DNA of 64,000 bases from Blasia pusilla. Taxonomy: Eukaryota. The stretch spans positions 33,294,001 through 33,358,000 of the forward strand of contig CM114271.1 in the NCBI GenBank assembly GCA_050084515.1. Reading direction: 5' to 3'. The number at the start of each line of letters is the position of its first letter. Within the stretch, counting starts at the first letter, position 1. Below, piece after piece: positions 36,601 to 50,800 of this stretch. Under the pieces are notes generated by a model. That model was not told the origin of the DNA and ran no database searches. It saw only the letters and a list, made by a program, of their open reading frames with translations. Both the position numbers and the translations under genes were made by a program.

Positions 36601-39600
36601 ATCAATAGCCATTGCATCGTACAAGTATCCACTAGTTTTATAGAAGGGAGTGAGAGACATAATTGTTAAACTTCTCAACAAAGGAATGGCAACCTAATAA
36701 AGAAAAAATGATAGATAATTTTAAAGAAGAGAGGAAAGGAGAGATGATGAATAAATTTTCAATTTGGGATGAAAAAAGAGAAAGTCCTGTAATTTTAAAC
36801 AAGAAAGAGAGAATGATAAATTTTTTCAACGAGTGAGGATTCACATGAATGTTGGAAGTGTTAACTTTCAATAGAAGTAGGGAAGAGAGATCATATTGTG
36901 TTCTCAATAGGGATGGTAAAAGAGAAATGGAGAACTTTTCAACCTCGTTTTCAACAAGAGAGGATTTAGAAGGAATCTTTTAAAAATTATCAAATGATTT
37001 TATAAGAGAAGGAGTAGAGATCTAGGTTGGGAATTAATTTGAAAATGGGAGGAGAGAGAAGATGTCATAACTTTAGAGAGGCATATAGAATAACATTGAG
37101 ACCTAAAGGGGGTCTTTGTAGTCCCTATTTTAAGAGGTCAAAAGGACTTGCTACCTAAGAGGTGGTATATTTATAAGTCCCCCTTTCCTTATGAGAGTGG
37201 TATTTTTTGAGGGATTTCCATCTCTTTTATGTCTTGAGCCATATTTTTGTGCCTTAGTATATAGTGATGCCACTTGCGCCCATGAAGCTGGATGAGATGT
37301 GTCCTTGTTTTTTAGGTCTTTCCTTCATGTGTCAACATTCGATTACGTTGTAGGGGACCATGCATCATGATGTGTAAGATTAAGTACATTATGTATTTCA
37401 AGGAATTTTATGGCCTAATGTATATGGGTAACATATGCACACACATTATGGATTCATTGACAAACCATGGAAACTCATGGACAATCCATGTACTCATGGA
37501 TTATCCATGAGTGGATATACTCTAAGTGAAGCTCACTTTGAAACTCATCTTTTAGATATAAGATCTTGAGGTGGAATTTGTGATATAATGCAAATGAGTT
37601 TCTTTATTCAACAAAGCATGTATGTGGTACACATATTGTTTTAAATATCAGTCTTGTGTATCACAAAGGCTTTTGTTTTGTGTGTTACGCTCTTAATACT
37701 TATTTACATCCAAGCACACTCATATTAGTCAAATTTTTGCGTCGATCAATTTTGTATGTCCTACTTCTAATCTTGGGTTATCCCTTAAGCTTAATCATCA
37801 TAAGCACAGAAAGTACTAATTGGGCCTCTCACTCTCCAACAAAGGCAAGGCATCCGAGATTTGGAACATACTTCCTTGATAGTTTGGGGACCTAAAAGAT
37901 CGCAACCCCAACTAGACCACCCAATGGACCTCAAAAAAGTCACTAGTTGGGACTCAATATACATATCCCATGTCAAGGAGTAAGGTTAGGGTCCAAACTT
38001 GGCTTAGTATCAATATTCCAATGCCAACCTCATAGTCCACAATCCCTTGGATCGACACTCGACTCATGTACTTTCCAAGGTGGGATTCACACTCTAAACT
38101 CCCTTGGGGACCCTCCTCTTCATATATAATTTTGAAAATCTTTTTTGGTCCTCTTTTTCCCTCACGATCTCTCTAGAACCGCTACTTTTGTGCCGCAACC
38201 CAAAATGATGTTACAATGGTTGTAAGTAAGTATCAAGATTACAACTTATGCATATGTTTGAATTCTATTTTTCTTGTTAGAAAAACCTCATCCCAACCTT
38301 TTCAACACCATCTTAATTAATCCAAATGCATGTTGCCACTAGATGTAGATTCCAAGCTGGTTTGTATCCCCATTGGAATCAAATCCTTTCAGACTTAGGC
38401 CCTCGTCAAGTTCCACCCTCTCTTTGGTCATGGTCTTTGAGGCCATATGCTTCATCATTTGAAATGCTCTTTTAGGGTAGCATCTCACGTTCTTCAATGC
38501 ATATCTCGTGTGTGAGATTCCAACGTGTTTTCATCTCAATGTGAGCCCATTAGATGGTACTAATGACATAATCATCTCTCCCTTCACAGCGTAAATCGCA
38601 TCCAAGTAGATTTTCCAAGTTATGTCTAACAAGAGAATTATCAAGTTCAATATTTGTAGCAAGTTAAGTACATTGCAACGAAGTCAATTCATCTTATTCC
38701 TTGGTATCACTTGTTGATCCAAGATAAACTTCCAAAATACTTTTGACTTTGTGTTAGAAGCCTTGGTTTGAGAACTTTCGCGCTAATAATGGTTGGAGCT
38801 TCCCTTTTTTTAATTTCAATATCATCAATGCTCTCGCTTCCCGGGTTAGGATCTTTCCCCCTTACTTTCTTCGAATGGACATTTGGACTATATATCTCTA
38901 GATATCATATTTTTCTTCTAGTTGTACACTTATGCCACTTATACACTTTCCAATGAACCTCCTTGCGATATGGTGATCGTCACCATCAACCCAATTGGAA
39001 GGAATTGGTAAGATCTGACCAATACTTGAAGAAGATCTTCACATTGGAATAGATTGAACAAAACGCTTGTGTCATCATGCACCTTTCTTTGTCTCTCATC
39101 TTTGTAGGATTGTGATCCATCATATGAACTTTCCATTTCATCTTCTTCATATGTGCCCCTCTTGACATGAAGTAATTGGTCCTATGAATCTTTCATACTA
39201 ATTGCCCCTTTTTGTAGTTAGAGGGTAATTCTTCTCTAAATTTGTATGACTCATCCTTCAAAAGATTGCTTTAATTTTCCTCTATATATGTTGGGGAGTG
39301 ATCAATCTCATGAAGTTTCTCCAGGCAACCCTTGCTCTACCAATTGTAAACCAAATAGACTCTTATGCGATTTCCTACCTATTGAAGGAGGAATTTCCTT
39401 CACAATGGGATTTCCAAATAACGAATGATTACTTGCATGGATAATTCTCGTCTTGTTTGGCTTTGAAGAAGAGGTCACAAAAGCTAGAGAAAACGTATCT
39501 AATAAGAATTTTAAACCAGATTTGTCACTCATCTCTGTCCTACCTCTCTATCAATATGAACATATATTTTAGGCTAGAACCAAATAGCCCAAAAGATATT

Positions 39601-42600
39601 CTTACAGAAAATTAGAGATTCTCTAGGAGACACATAAGAATCATTTGAGAATTTTTTCAAACTTTCAAAATCAAAACCTTATATATTTGCAAGACATGTG
39701 CTATGGCACTTTGGATATGCTATGACGTAAGATCCAAAAATGGTCCTAACTCTGGTTTAGGAGAAAATCCTATGGTCAAATGTTGTATTTCTACTCTTCT
39801 AGTCCTTTTTTTTACCAAAGTTCTCCCAAATTGAATAGTCATTACCCATGCTAAACTTGACCACAAGTTAAAGTAAGATTGCTTTATCTCCAACTTTCAA
39901 TTTTTTTGGGCAAATTTTCATGACTTGAGAAATGATTCTAAACAAAGCTAATTAAGATCTTGTTATTAATTGAGTGGAAAAAGTGGACGCGCGTTTGTCT
40001 AAACTAAATCTCGTGTCGCATGCAAGATCATCCCCTTTTAATAAGGTCTTTCTGATGATTTCATGCAGAAAGTGATCAATCCATCCCATCAATCTCCTGA
40101 AACAAGTTCTTGGTCTGTTTGTGTCTCTCTTGTGCAATTGAAATAAAGAGGCTACTACAGGTTGAAAAAAATGAAGAAAGCATTTTTGAACATTTTTTAC
40201 TTGCTAAAAATACCATTTCTACGGTTGAAATTTAGATTCTTTTTAGATTCCAATCTCTTGGTTTTTAAAATCAGTTTTTAGAGACTAATTCTTTCCAATT
40301 GATTGCCTTGGTAGAAAAGAATTTGAAAGTTGTCGTTTGCATGCCACAGTTGTATGTTGATTGGATCAGAAATTTAATTGTGCTTTTTCTCTCCTTGATT
40401 GATGCTAATACAAGAAAAATGTTGTTTAATGCGGGATCTAGAGAAAAAATATATAAATCATAATAAGATTTTTTTTTTTTAAAGAGAAGGAAGAAAGGCA
40501 AGAGGATTTAGGGAGTGAGTCACCCTAGTAAGCTTCAAATTAGAAGGTTCCCTTAGAACTTAGAAGGTTCCTTATTATCTTTGGACTCGGAATTCTTAGA
40601 TTCTCTTACCTCATAATATTCCCTATGAGTTTACCATCTTCTTTTATTCGTACTAGTAAGAATGCCCAAGGGTTGCACTAACATCGGATACATTCCTACA
40701 CTCCCACTTTTTATTGAGAGGCTCGTCCTCTATCTATGAAATGCTAAGAGACTCAATTGCACAATCTTGTATACTTCATGCTTTCAAAGACGAGGGATGT
40801 AAAAGAACATATTATCTCATATTATCTCTTCCATGACCGATGAATGGGCATCAATGTGGAGACATCCCCAAAAGTAGTACACTTGGAGAAGATATGACTT
40901 GAATTTCTTGGAAATGCAAGAATTTTACTCTTGTGAACAAATTGCTAGATGGAAGGCATTGACCTAAGACACATGTCTATGGGACTTCTCAGAATCCCTG
41001 TGTTACACGCCAAATGATTCTTTAGGATTACAAGATTCTATATGTTCGATTGTAATGAATCTAGAACAAGGAAATCTACACAATGATTCTCTAAATATTT
41101 ACTCCAACTCAAAAGAAACTTGTTACAGATTTATTCTTTAATTATCCATGTCCTTAATGCGGGCTTTCATCTCCATCCCACGACGGTTATTCAATCTCAA
41201 AATAACTGCAAAATAAACATCAGTAACCAATCAATCAAAGACATAGTAATCATCTAAGAGAGTTGCCGATGAGAATTTAGTGAGTAGTGCTAGGCCTCTG
41301 CTAGTTAACTTTTAAACATCCCGACTGCTCAAGATTCAAAACACCCATGAATCTAATGACTAGTTTGCAGGCAAACGTCTTGAATATAATTCATTGTATG
41401 GGCATGAAATCACTTTCATCATAGAATTTACTCACCTTTACAAAAACTTCACCCAACTCAAAGATTCCTTGGGAGCTCCACCCCTTCTTCATAAGGCTCC
41501 AATGTCAAAGCTCCACTAATTTACATGAAATTTCTCCTACCTACTGGAAACACTGATGGTGGCTCTTCAAGTTTGATCTTCCTCACATGGACGGAAAGTG
41601 TCACCTTGTCTACGGATAGAAAAGAAAATTTATGTGGGAGGTACATAAGCTCCAATCTAATCAATCCAATATATGCAATAACATACATCTATGCATATAT
41701 CACCGTGGACACTAAAATCAATAGACTATATGCCCTAATATTTTCAAGGGACTTTGAATTTGTAGAGGAGCTTCATTTAATTGGGAGAATAATCTATATG
41801 CTAATTGGAGGATGCAGTTTTATGAAGCTGCTCCTTTGTTTGGCACGTGTCACTAAAATTCTCTCAATAATACTTTTGTCACCTTAACGGGGTCTGACAA
41901 TTGGTAAAAAGAACGAAGTTGTCAATGAGGGGCAGTGCATAGCATGGTCCCTCGCGGGTCGTAACTAGTTCTCCAAATAGTAACAAACCCTCCTCAAATC
42001 ATAGCCCTCGCGTACTTATTAAATGTTGCCTCAGGGAATCTATATACTAATTTGTCACTAAACTTCTTTCAAAAATACTTTTGGTCATTTTAAGTGGGTA
42101 AAGATAGCTACGTTTAAACATGTGCTATTAACAAGGATCCGAGCATGGTGACCCTTGTTAAAAATGCCTTACGACCTTTAACTTTTAACGGTTCGAATTA
42201 TGACCATTTTCAGATCGAGGGTCGATATTTTAGTCCCGCACCAAAAGCAAATTCAAACCTGAACCATTGATACCGACCTTGTATATTCCCTCCTCTCCGT
42301 AAGCCACACCAAGGGAGAATCTCGGACTTTCTCAGGACGCGCCCTAATGAGCCCAGAGTGACTAGATATGGCGAGGAACGGCCCTTGGACCCAAAAGTCC
42401 GTAGAATGACACCGTAAAGTGGAGGTAGTGGTTTCCCGGTGGGAGGATACGAATATCACGAAAGAGCCGGCCGAGGGAACCCGAACAGTTACACAGTAAC
42501 GAAAGGATAACACCCCGAAAAGCGCGTAGCTCGCGGTGAAAAACTTGCGTGATCATTGCTTGTGTCCGCCCACCAATCTCACTCGTCTAGTCCAATTTGC

Positions 42601-43593
42601 TGTTGTACTCCATTCCATGGCTTTCACCGTAGGAGGCTTGGAGGAAAGGTCCTCCCGACGTGGCGCGGGGGCCCATCTGGTGGGTGAAGCTCTCTGACCT
42701 AGAAAGAGTCACCCCCAAGACATGGCGGTGGGAATCGCCGTGCAATCCCAGATTCGCAGATGGAACGAAGTGCCTCCGAAGCATCCGAGAGTATGACGGA
42801 AGCGAGAAGAGCAAGTCAAACGACGGGACACAGCTATTCATTCACTTTGATGGCAATTTGGACTCTGCTCCCGGTGCCTTGCCTCGAACGACGGAAGCTT
42901 TTTGACCATATTCACGCGTAGTGTACTCGCACGCTCCACCTTGCCAGCTTCAATTCCGTTTTACTCGGGGAATGCCCCCTTCTTCCTTTTCTGGTCCTGT
43001 TGTGGCCTTCAGGTTTTGACTCTTTGAGTCCCCCTCTTTTGTACTTCCGATGGGTTTTCCATCACTCGTTTTTATCGAAGTGCATCTTCTTTTACTCGGG
43101 TGGGGCCTGGTCTAAAGCTGCGGGGGGCGTGCCTGTCGGGATATTACCCTATTTGTAGGCCCGCATATATGTTTCCGATTCATCGGGTCTGTGGCATGGG
43201 ATGAGAGCATCCATGAATATCTGCACCTTCTAGATCTTTTAAGACATACCTATATGATCAACGCTACATAAGTTGTAGCAGATCGGGTTTTATTTGCACC
43301 GTGAACATCTAAGAGGCGGAAGGTCTTAGCGTGGTTTGATTTTTCGGACGACCGATTTTTTTTTCTCTGCTTTGAGCTGTGGTCGTTTCACTATTGAAAA
43401 ACAAAAGATTGCGTTCATTTGATTTCTAGGACAATTTCGCCGATTCGCAATTCAACCTCTCGGTAGTTCGGCGGTCAACATTCGAAATTTGAAGATTTTT
43501 GCGTCTATTGTATCACTTGCTTCAAGAACAGGATATCAAGTTAGGCGGTGGAAGCCTGCGCGGATTGAATTGCTGATATTGTATTGAACGGTG

Positions 43594-43596
<3 letters not shown>

Positions 43597-43637
<41 letters not shown>
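43597..43637. repeat. (CT)n microsatellite upstream of the LEA_2/NHL gene
   Basis: Uninterrupted TC dinucleotide run of about 20 units. Confidence 0.95.
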
Positions 43638-43638
<1 letters not shown>

Positions 43639-44159
43639 AGCTGTCTATCTGACAGCTTTCATATGTTTCAAGTCGCAAAGTCTTGCAATAGTTGAGAGGA
43701 ACGGTATCCCAACAGCATAAGGAGAATCCGAGGAATCTGAAGAGCGCACAGTACAGTTCTTCTCAATCCCTATCCTTCTCGCTCAATCCAATATCTCCAA
43801 GCTGATTACGAGGTTTTGCCTCAACGTTAGAAGAGCCAAGAGGTGCAAGATCGAGTCCTTCGGACGCTCGATAACCACTGAATGTAGGCGTCCATTGCAG
43901 TTGACGGATTCGCTCGTTCTTTCTTCGGTTCGTGATTAAAATTGGGTCCACATCGTTGCTCGCAGATGAGATTTGTTATGTGTCTCGATCAAAGCATTCT
44001 TCCGTCTGATTTTGAGTCGCATGGTCATTTAGGACCCTCATTCTATTTAAGTATCTATGTGCTCATGATCTAACCGCGCTGAAAATGCGATTTATTTCCA
44101 GGTTACCTACAGAAAACTCTTCACCATCTCAAGCACCGAAAAAGCAGGAAGGAAACAAA

Positions 44160-44864
44160 ATGGGACAAGATAAAGTCTACCCTGCTGCATCTAAAGCCGC
44201 ACCTATTCCTAATGGAGCTTACTACAGCGTGAAAGATCAAGGACACCATCTCCCAGCTCCAGTTGCGTATCACCATGGTAAACGCAGGCGCAGCCGACTT
44301 TGCTGCTGCGCCATTTCGTTGTGCAGTTTCTTATGGACCTTGATCGTCCTCATTGGCATCTTGACGCTGGTCATCTGGCTGGTTCTACACCCCAAGCTTC
44401 CCAAGTACAACGTCACCGATGTCGAGCTCACTGGCCTCGACTCCAGTTTAACATCTGGGACTTTGTCCACGAAGACTTCATTCACGGTGGAGACCTACAA
44501 TCCGAATAAGAAAATTGGAATCTACTACGACGACATAAAAGTGCGGGTGGAAGCGGATGGCTTAAACATTGGATCAGGAAATCTTCCTACTTTCTATCAA
44601 GAGCATAGGAATACCACTGTCCTCCACACCACCTTGGTATCTCCGGACGTGCCCATCCAATCCGATCAACACAGCGCGCTTCTCACCGCTTCTAGCAAGG
44701 GACAGTTGCCGCTCTACATCAGGGTGGACGTGAAAGCACGTATAAAGGTCGGCTCTGTCAAATCTCACAAGTTCGAGGTCAAAGTCCGCTGCAACGTTGT
44801 AATCAATCCTACGATTACCAACGGATCGCAACTGCTGAGCAAGTCGTGCAAGGTCAAGCGGTAG
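44160..44864 (+). CDS. NDR1/HIN1-like (LEA_2 domain) membrane protein, intronless CDS
   Basis: Intact ORF with Cys-rich CCC and a single TM helix (FLWTLIVLIGILTLVIWLVLHPKLPKY), NPNKKIGIYYD, PTFYQEHRNTT and terminal C..V/SKSCKV. The start is probably MGQDK (44160), because a splice-acceptor-like TTTCCAG|G lies at ~44101; the ORF itself extends to 44085. Confidence 0.9.
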   Translation: MGQDKVYPAASKAAPIPNGAYYSVKDQGHHLPAPVAYHHGKRRRSRLCCCAISLCSFLWTLIVLIGILTLVIWLVLHPKLPKYNVTDVELTGLDSSLTSGTLSTKTSFTVETYNPNKKIGIYYDDIKVRVEADGLNIGSGNLPTFYQEHRNTTVLHTTLVSPDVPIQSDQHSALLTASSKGQLPLYIRVDVKARIKVGSVKSHKFEVKVRCNVVINPTITNGSQLLSKSCKVKR

Positions 44865-47726
44865 AGTACTGGCTCGATCGTGTCCTGCTCCATTTTCTGG
44901 CAGTGCACCTCGACGCCGATCAATTGTTGCCGACAGTGATAATGAGTTCCGAAACGAGGTTATGTCTACACTCAAGTATCGAAAATCTGAGAAATAGGTC
45001 ACCGTTTCAACAGGAAGCTGTATATTTACGCCTGTTTAGGTACCCTAGATCAAATTAATTACGAGCAGTGCTTGGATTCTAGATCCATGGGCACCTTAAC
45101 ATGGTGCGGTCTCTCCATACGATAGGTGTTTCACCGGATGCGATGGATTCTAGCTACGCGGGGGCATCATGGAATCAAGCTTTACCCCGTATGCTCGTTA
45201 CTGAGAATGGCGATGCTCCTGATTAACTACTGTGCGAGAAATGCAAGGATTTCTTATCGCAGGACACTTTTTCATCAGACTTACTGAACACATTAGATGA
45301 TACTTGATATCTTTCACGACGATCTTGGCTCATTGCTTTCCCAGCGATTGATTTGATCGTTGATTAGAGGTTTTCGAAATGAAATGAAGGAGCTCCACTT
45401 TTCGGTTCTGAAATTGTCTCTTGGCTAGGCGAAGACCATTGTGCTTGATTCTACACCAACTGGGCGATGAGCGTCCGCCTAATCCCATGAAATGTTCCTT
45501 ACGCAACTATAACTTTGAGTCAGCCCTAATCTGTAGACTCTTTACTTTCTGATTCAATCATTCTTTGTAGACACTTGAGGATCAGTTGATTCGTTGACAT
45601 AAGGGTGTACGCAGAGAATGAGTTTCTTCTTAAAATGATAGAAAAATAGTAGACTCTGACAGGATCTTCCATTGAATAATCATTTACAAACCTGAAAAGA
45701 ACAATACTGAAATGGATCGTATGTAGAATTGGTCTACAACTTCTATTGAGAATTGCATGTTTGAAAAGCAACCCTTTACTAGAATACATAAGTTTTGAAG
45801 AGGTGGTTGAAACCAAGATGCGGGAGATTGTGCTAGATTGGTATTTGGAGCATTCTCCACACCAATGCACATTCCTCCTTAGTTGATCAAGGCACCAGCA
45901 GAGGTTAAGTAGGAGCTAATCTCAAAACCCACAACCTTATAAGGCAGGAGTAGAAGTGAATCAAAGAAGAAGGGAAGAAAGGAGGAATTAAATAATTTCC
46001 TAAAAGAGACCAGCAGAAGGGACCACTGCATGATAAGGCAAGATGGCACACCATGTGCACAGTTGAACATAACCAAAACTAAAACTCACAAGAGTAGTTA
46101 AATAGGTAACTAGTAAACTAATTGAGACTTATAACTATAATAAACTTGGAACCATAGTTTGCAAAACTAATGGAAGAAAATTTTATGTGAAATCCTAACA
46201 ATATCGTCACCCTGCCCAGAGACCAGAGAGTGGATCTCTGGCAGTCGTGTACAACGTCCACGTCTTCTTAATTGTTCGTCATCCTCAGCACTCTGCGTAT
46301 GACTCAACGGAGCGACAGAAGATATAAGTCTGTCAAACTCCCTCACAAGTTCTATGGCTATGATGAGAATGTGCTCACCACGATAATGAGTGCCTCCAGA
46401 TCTCCTACCGAAGCTTCGAGCTTCCGCTGACAACTTCAAGATTCAGACTCTGTAGCATAGTCATGCACCGCTTAACTGCTGGTGGGGACAGTGTCCGATT
46501 CACAAGGCCAATTTCGCAGGCCACTGGCTGCGTCTTACAATGCCTAGTGGTGGACTCGAGCGCTACCTCGCCAATTCACAGCCGTGTCTGTCCTCTCGCC
46601 ACATGCGAGATAGAAAGCTGTAGTTCGACCCACGTAGCTGGACCTCACCACCGGTATGACATCGTCCACGCGCTCGTCTGATGTAAGCAACGAACAGATA
46701 AGGTAAGTAAGTTCCCATCAGATGAATTCACAGGTTGGTGGAATGGGAATTCCACCAAAACAAGTCGCGCGAGCAGAATCAGTCAAAATCAGCACATTCC
46801 TGGAATTCCCCCCCAGAATCCCATATTCATCTCGGTTGCCGCTGGGAAGCGGACCGTTATCTTCGAGGTTGCGGACATGTCCAGACTCCCCTACGTGAGT
46901 GATTCAATCGTCCCAGAAGGAGGAAGGTCGAACTTTATCTATGCAACTGAGTACTTGGGAATGACGAACTCCCTCCATACAACTGAGTTGGCGGGTATGA
47001 CTCGGTTGTATGGAGTCAGCTCGACCTTCCTACCCGTGGAATGATTGCACCAGACGTGATTTTGTCCCCTACCGTTTATTGATTTGATTTGATTCTACAG
47101 AAAGCGACGGGAACAAAGTACTGATCGAGTCCACATCCCTTCGCTCCAATCCGCATGAAACGCGGGGATGAAAAACCCTCATGCGGTTGTTGGAGTGATC
47201 CGGACCAATCTCCTCTGCAAATCCTTCGGCCATTGAACACTCCTCCCAGTCCTCCGCTGCCATCGGATCACTCGAGCTCTCCTCGTCACTAGGCGACATG
47301 CGGTAGGTAGATCCCTCCGCTCAGATTACCGCCTTGGGACACTTCATGGTGTAATAGGCTTCACACGGAAACTGTATGCGGCCTAACTAGTTTGATTAAT
47401 GTTGTGGAATATAACACAATATAACAAAAATGTATAGTTTCTGAAGTATCATTATAGATTGGAAATTATGGAGGTGGAAATTTAAAGAGGTTTGCATAGT
47501 GGCACATATGCAAACTCCTATGATCTCTCTGACTATCGTGAGGTGGCAGATATAGTGACACGCTGGAATAAGTTATTAGCCTTAGTCAATGGCCGAGGTC
47601 ATTAACATTTAATGCATGTAAGAAGTGTCAATTTGTACAAAACTACTTGTATTGAATCTATATGTATTGAACCTATATATGCGTTTCGCTGCAAAAGGAA
47701 TTGAGTGCGAGGTTAAGACAACTACA

Positions 47727-47873
47727 GGTATTCACTTCACTTTCGCGTTCTCTACAACATAGTTGACACGCAATTTTTGAGCTTAATTATTGTATTTATG
47801 TAGCTTACATGACACAATTACGCAGAGATGCAACATACAATACCAAAGAGAACGTGAAAGTGAAGTGAATACC
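47727..47873. repeat. Inverted repeat (27-bp arms, ~93-nt spacer); MITE-like or hairpin
   Basis: GGTATTCACTTCACTTTCGCGTTCTCT (47727-47753) versus AGAGAACGTGAAAGTGAAGTGAATACC (47847-47873), 1 mismatch. Confidence 0.75.
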
Positions 47874-50800
47874 AATAATTGTGTCTTATAAGCTACAACA
47901 ATACAACAAATGTCATTAAAGTAGAGTTCTACTTTCCAACTAATATGAAATATGTATCTCATGATTTACTATGACATCTACAAGTGGTGCAGTCCACTAA
48001 GTTATGAGCTTCAGCAACACCTTTGAACTCCGAGCAACCTCCAAGAGCTCCCGAGTAGCATTTGGATTGGCTCTCTCCTTGTACCCGAACGTCTCCTTTG
48101 TCGGTTCCATCTCCGATATAGTCTCCACAAGGCGGCCACTGGATCGACTCCCATCACATCTCTGCAAAACGAGTACGGTCTCAGGTGGCTCGAGGTCTCC
48201 TCACATCACATTTGTGCACACAAGGCGACTGAGAATAAGTCAACTAGAGGAAAGAAAACCATATATGGTGACTAGAATAATAACAAAGAAATTGAACCAA
48301 GGAAAGGGGAAGAGTATCTCCAGAGTCGTTTCATCGCATAAGCATTATGGTGTACAGACACCACATGTTGAGCTTTTAGAGAGCTCCACTATGTCTCCGA
48401 TATCTCAAGAGAATTACAAACGCCCAAGTGCTTGGAGAAAGTCGCATTTGGACGTTTTCTCTCCTTGGGAGCCTAAATACAATCCTTCGAATGTTGTGGA
48501 CTTTAGGGACGCGCGGAGGGATTCTCTTCCGAGTGAAGGAGAGTCTCCAGGATCAGATAGAGGTTACTTCCCGAGGCCTATTGAGGGCTTCGGAAAAACC
48601 AAGGATGTCAAAATAGAACTCCAAGGGTCCCCACAGTATCAACTCAAGAGACCCAACAACGAGAAAGAGTGCAAGGGTGAAGCCTCATCTGCAAAGAAGG
48701 GGCTGAAAACACCTATACATCTATCCAAAGTTCAATCCCTAGTCTCGAGGGGTTTGGCGGCCGAGCCTGTCCCACATGTGGCTAAGGGGATTTGAAATGC
48801 GCACAGGCGTGAAGGCGTGGTAATCAATGTGCAGATAGCTTTGTGATCTCCAACTCTTAACTATATGAAGGTGAGTGTGTAGACCGAATACAGAGAAGCC
48901 TGGTCTACACATTGTAAGGCTGACTTTCAATATGGAATGTTTTTGTGGAAATCCTATCATGAACGATGGAAGCATATGTTTGAAAGTCGTGTCTAAAAGT
49001 ACTCAGCTCGAGTACTTTGATCTCTTTGCAAACCCCGAATAGAATCCCACCCGCCCTTACCTTGCATGTCGACAAAGTCAAGACATTATGGAAGAACTAT
49101 GTACAACTCGGGGCCGCAACTAGAGATCGAGACCGGAAAGCAGAAACCCATCAAACCTCGAGAACCTCGAGATCAGTAAGTGCTATAGTAGGATGGCTCC
49201 AACCATGGGCATCTCATGCTTTGCACACATGCATTCTCGCCCCACGCATCTTCACACTACTCCTCCTCTCAACAAACCTCCTTAATTCCCTCTTTCCTAT
49301 CATGGGGCGCAGCATCAATAATGACATTGCCATGGTGTTCGCAAATGCTATCCCTGAAAGTAGACAAGGTGGAAGTGGAGAGAGAGCATTCTCATAAGCG
49401 CATGAGTTGCCTCCTTGCTCACGAGTGCCTACACATGGGAGTTGAGCAAAGTGGTTTCACGACCCAAGAGCTCAAGAACATGGGAGTGGAGCGCAAAGAG
49501 TGCGGAAGTCTAGCGTGAGTCACAATAGAGGCAACAAAGACGCAAGTGAAGGTGGAGAGGAGAGAAAGTGGAGTAGAGGCGGAGTCGCCTCTATGCTCAC
49601 GAATACTTGCATAGCTCAAGAACATGGGAGGGGAGGGCAGAGAGTGCAGAAGTATAGCATAAGTCGCAATAAAAAGAGACGACAACGAGCAAAGGTGGAG
49701 AGGAGAGAAAGTGGAGTAAAGAGAGAGTCACTTCTCTCCTCACGAGCATCTAAAAGGGGGAGTGGGGCAAAGGGCCCGTAGTAGTCACAAGCGCTTGTCC
49801 TGAAATACGAGGGAGTGGATCGGAGCAAAGAATCGGGAGTGAGAGGAAGCAAAGAGGAGAGGGAGCGAAGCGAAGAGGAGAGGAAAGGGAGATTTGAGTG
49901 ACCCGATAGGAGAGTGAGGACAGAATGGGAGGGAGAGAGGAAGTGAGGGGGAGGCGGATGGCAGGGACACCGTGGAAGGGGCCAGTGGATCAGAGATGCC
50001 AGGCGCGTCTCTGTTGTTCGATGAAGGGCTACAGGGAGGTGGACAGTTCGGATGCCATGGGAGGGGGCGAGCGGAGACGCCAAGCACATCTCTGTTGTCG
50101 AATGAAGGGCTACAAGGAAGAGGACGACAAGGATGTCGTGGTAAGGGGCATTTAGGTTAGGGTTAGGGAGGGGGGCCTGATAGGTTAGGGTTAGGGTTGG
50201 GTGACCCTAACCTGATAAAATTTAAATTTAATTTTTTATTTATTTTTAAATCATCACTCAATCATTTATTTTTTCATAATTTTTACCTACGCATTCTTTA
50301 TTTCTTCTTACTCCTCCTTTCAATTTTTAACTTTTTTTTCATTTTAATCCTTCTTCTAAAATATATATATACTATTAATCATCATGTTTTCTCTCATCAT
50401 GATCAATTGTACATAGAATTATTTAGAGTAGGGAAGAGGAGTTCCATCCACATTACGATTGGAAGTGATGAATATTCAAATGAGGAAGGTGACTACAAGC
50501 AAAATGTAGTGTATAAAGAAATTCTTTACTAAAATAAGAACATTCAAAAGAAATTCACACCCACGTTTGTATATCATTCCCTCTTGCACTTGTGCATCTT
50601 TGTGTATTGTGCCCTCTTACACTCATGCATCGCACGAGCACCTTACTAATTTGAAGAATTGTAAGAGTTTTTGTGTTGTATTGTGGTGGTTAAAGTGCTA
50701 TGGTAAGCAGTATGAGATGAAGAAACAAAATGAGCTTTGAAAATGGCAGAAATATCAAAGGGATGTGAGATGAAGAAATAAAAGTGAGAGTGGTTCATAG

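Noticed and set aside
36900-41500. Possible very old LTR-retrotransposon remnants (also 1-3400 and 50.5-55 kb)
   Set aside because: Only vague compositional hints; no motif, paired LTR or TSD that I can support.
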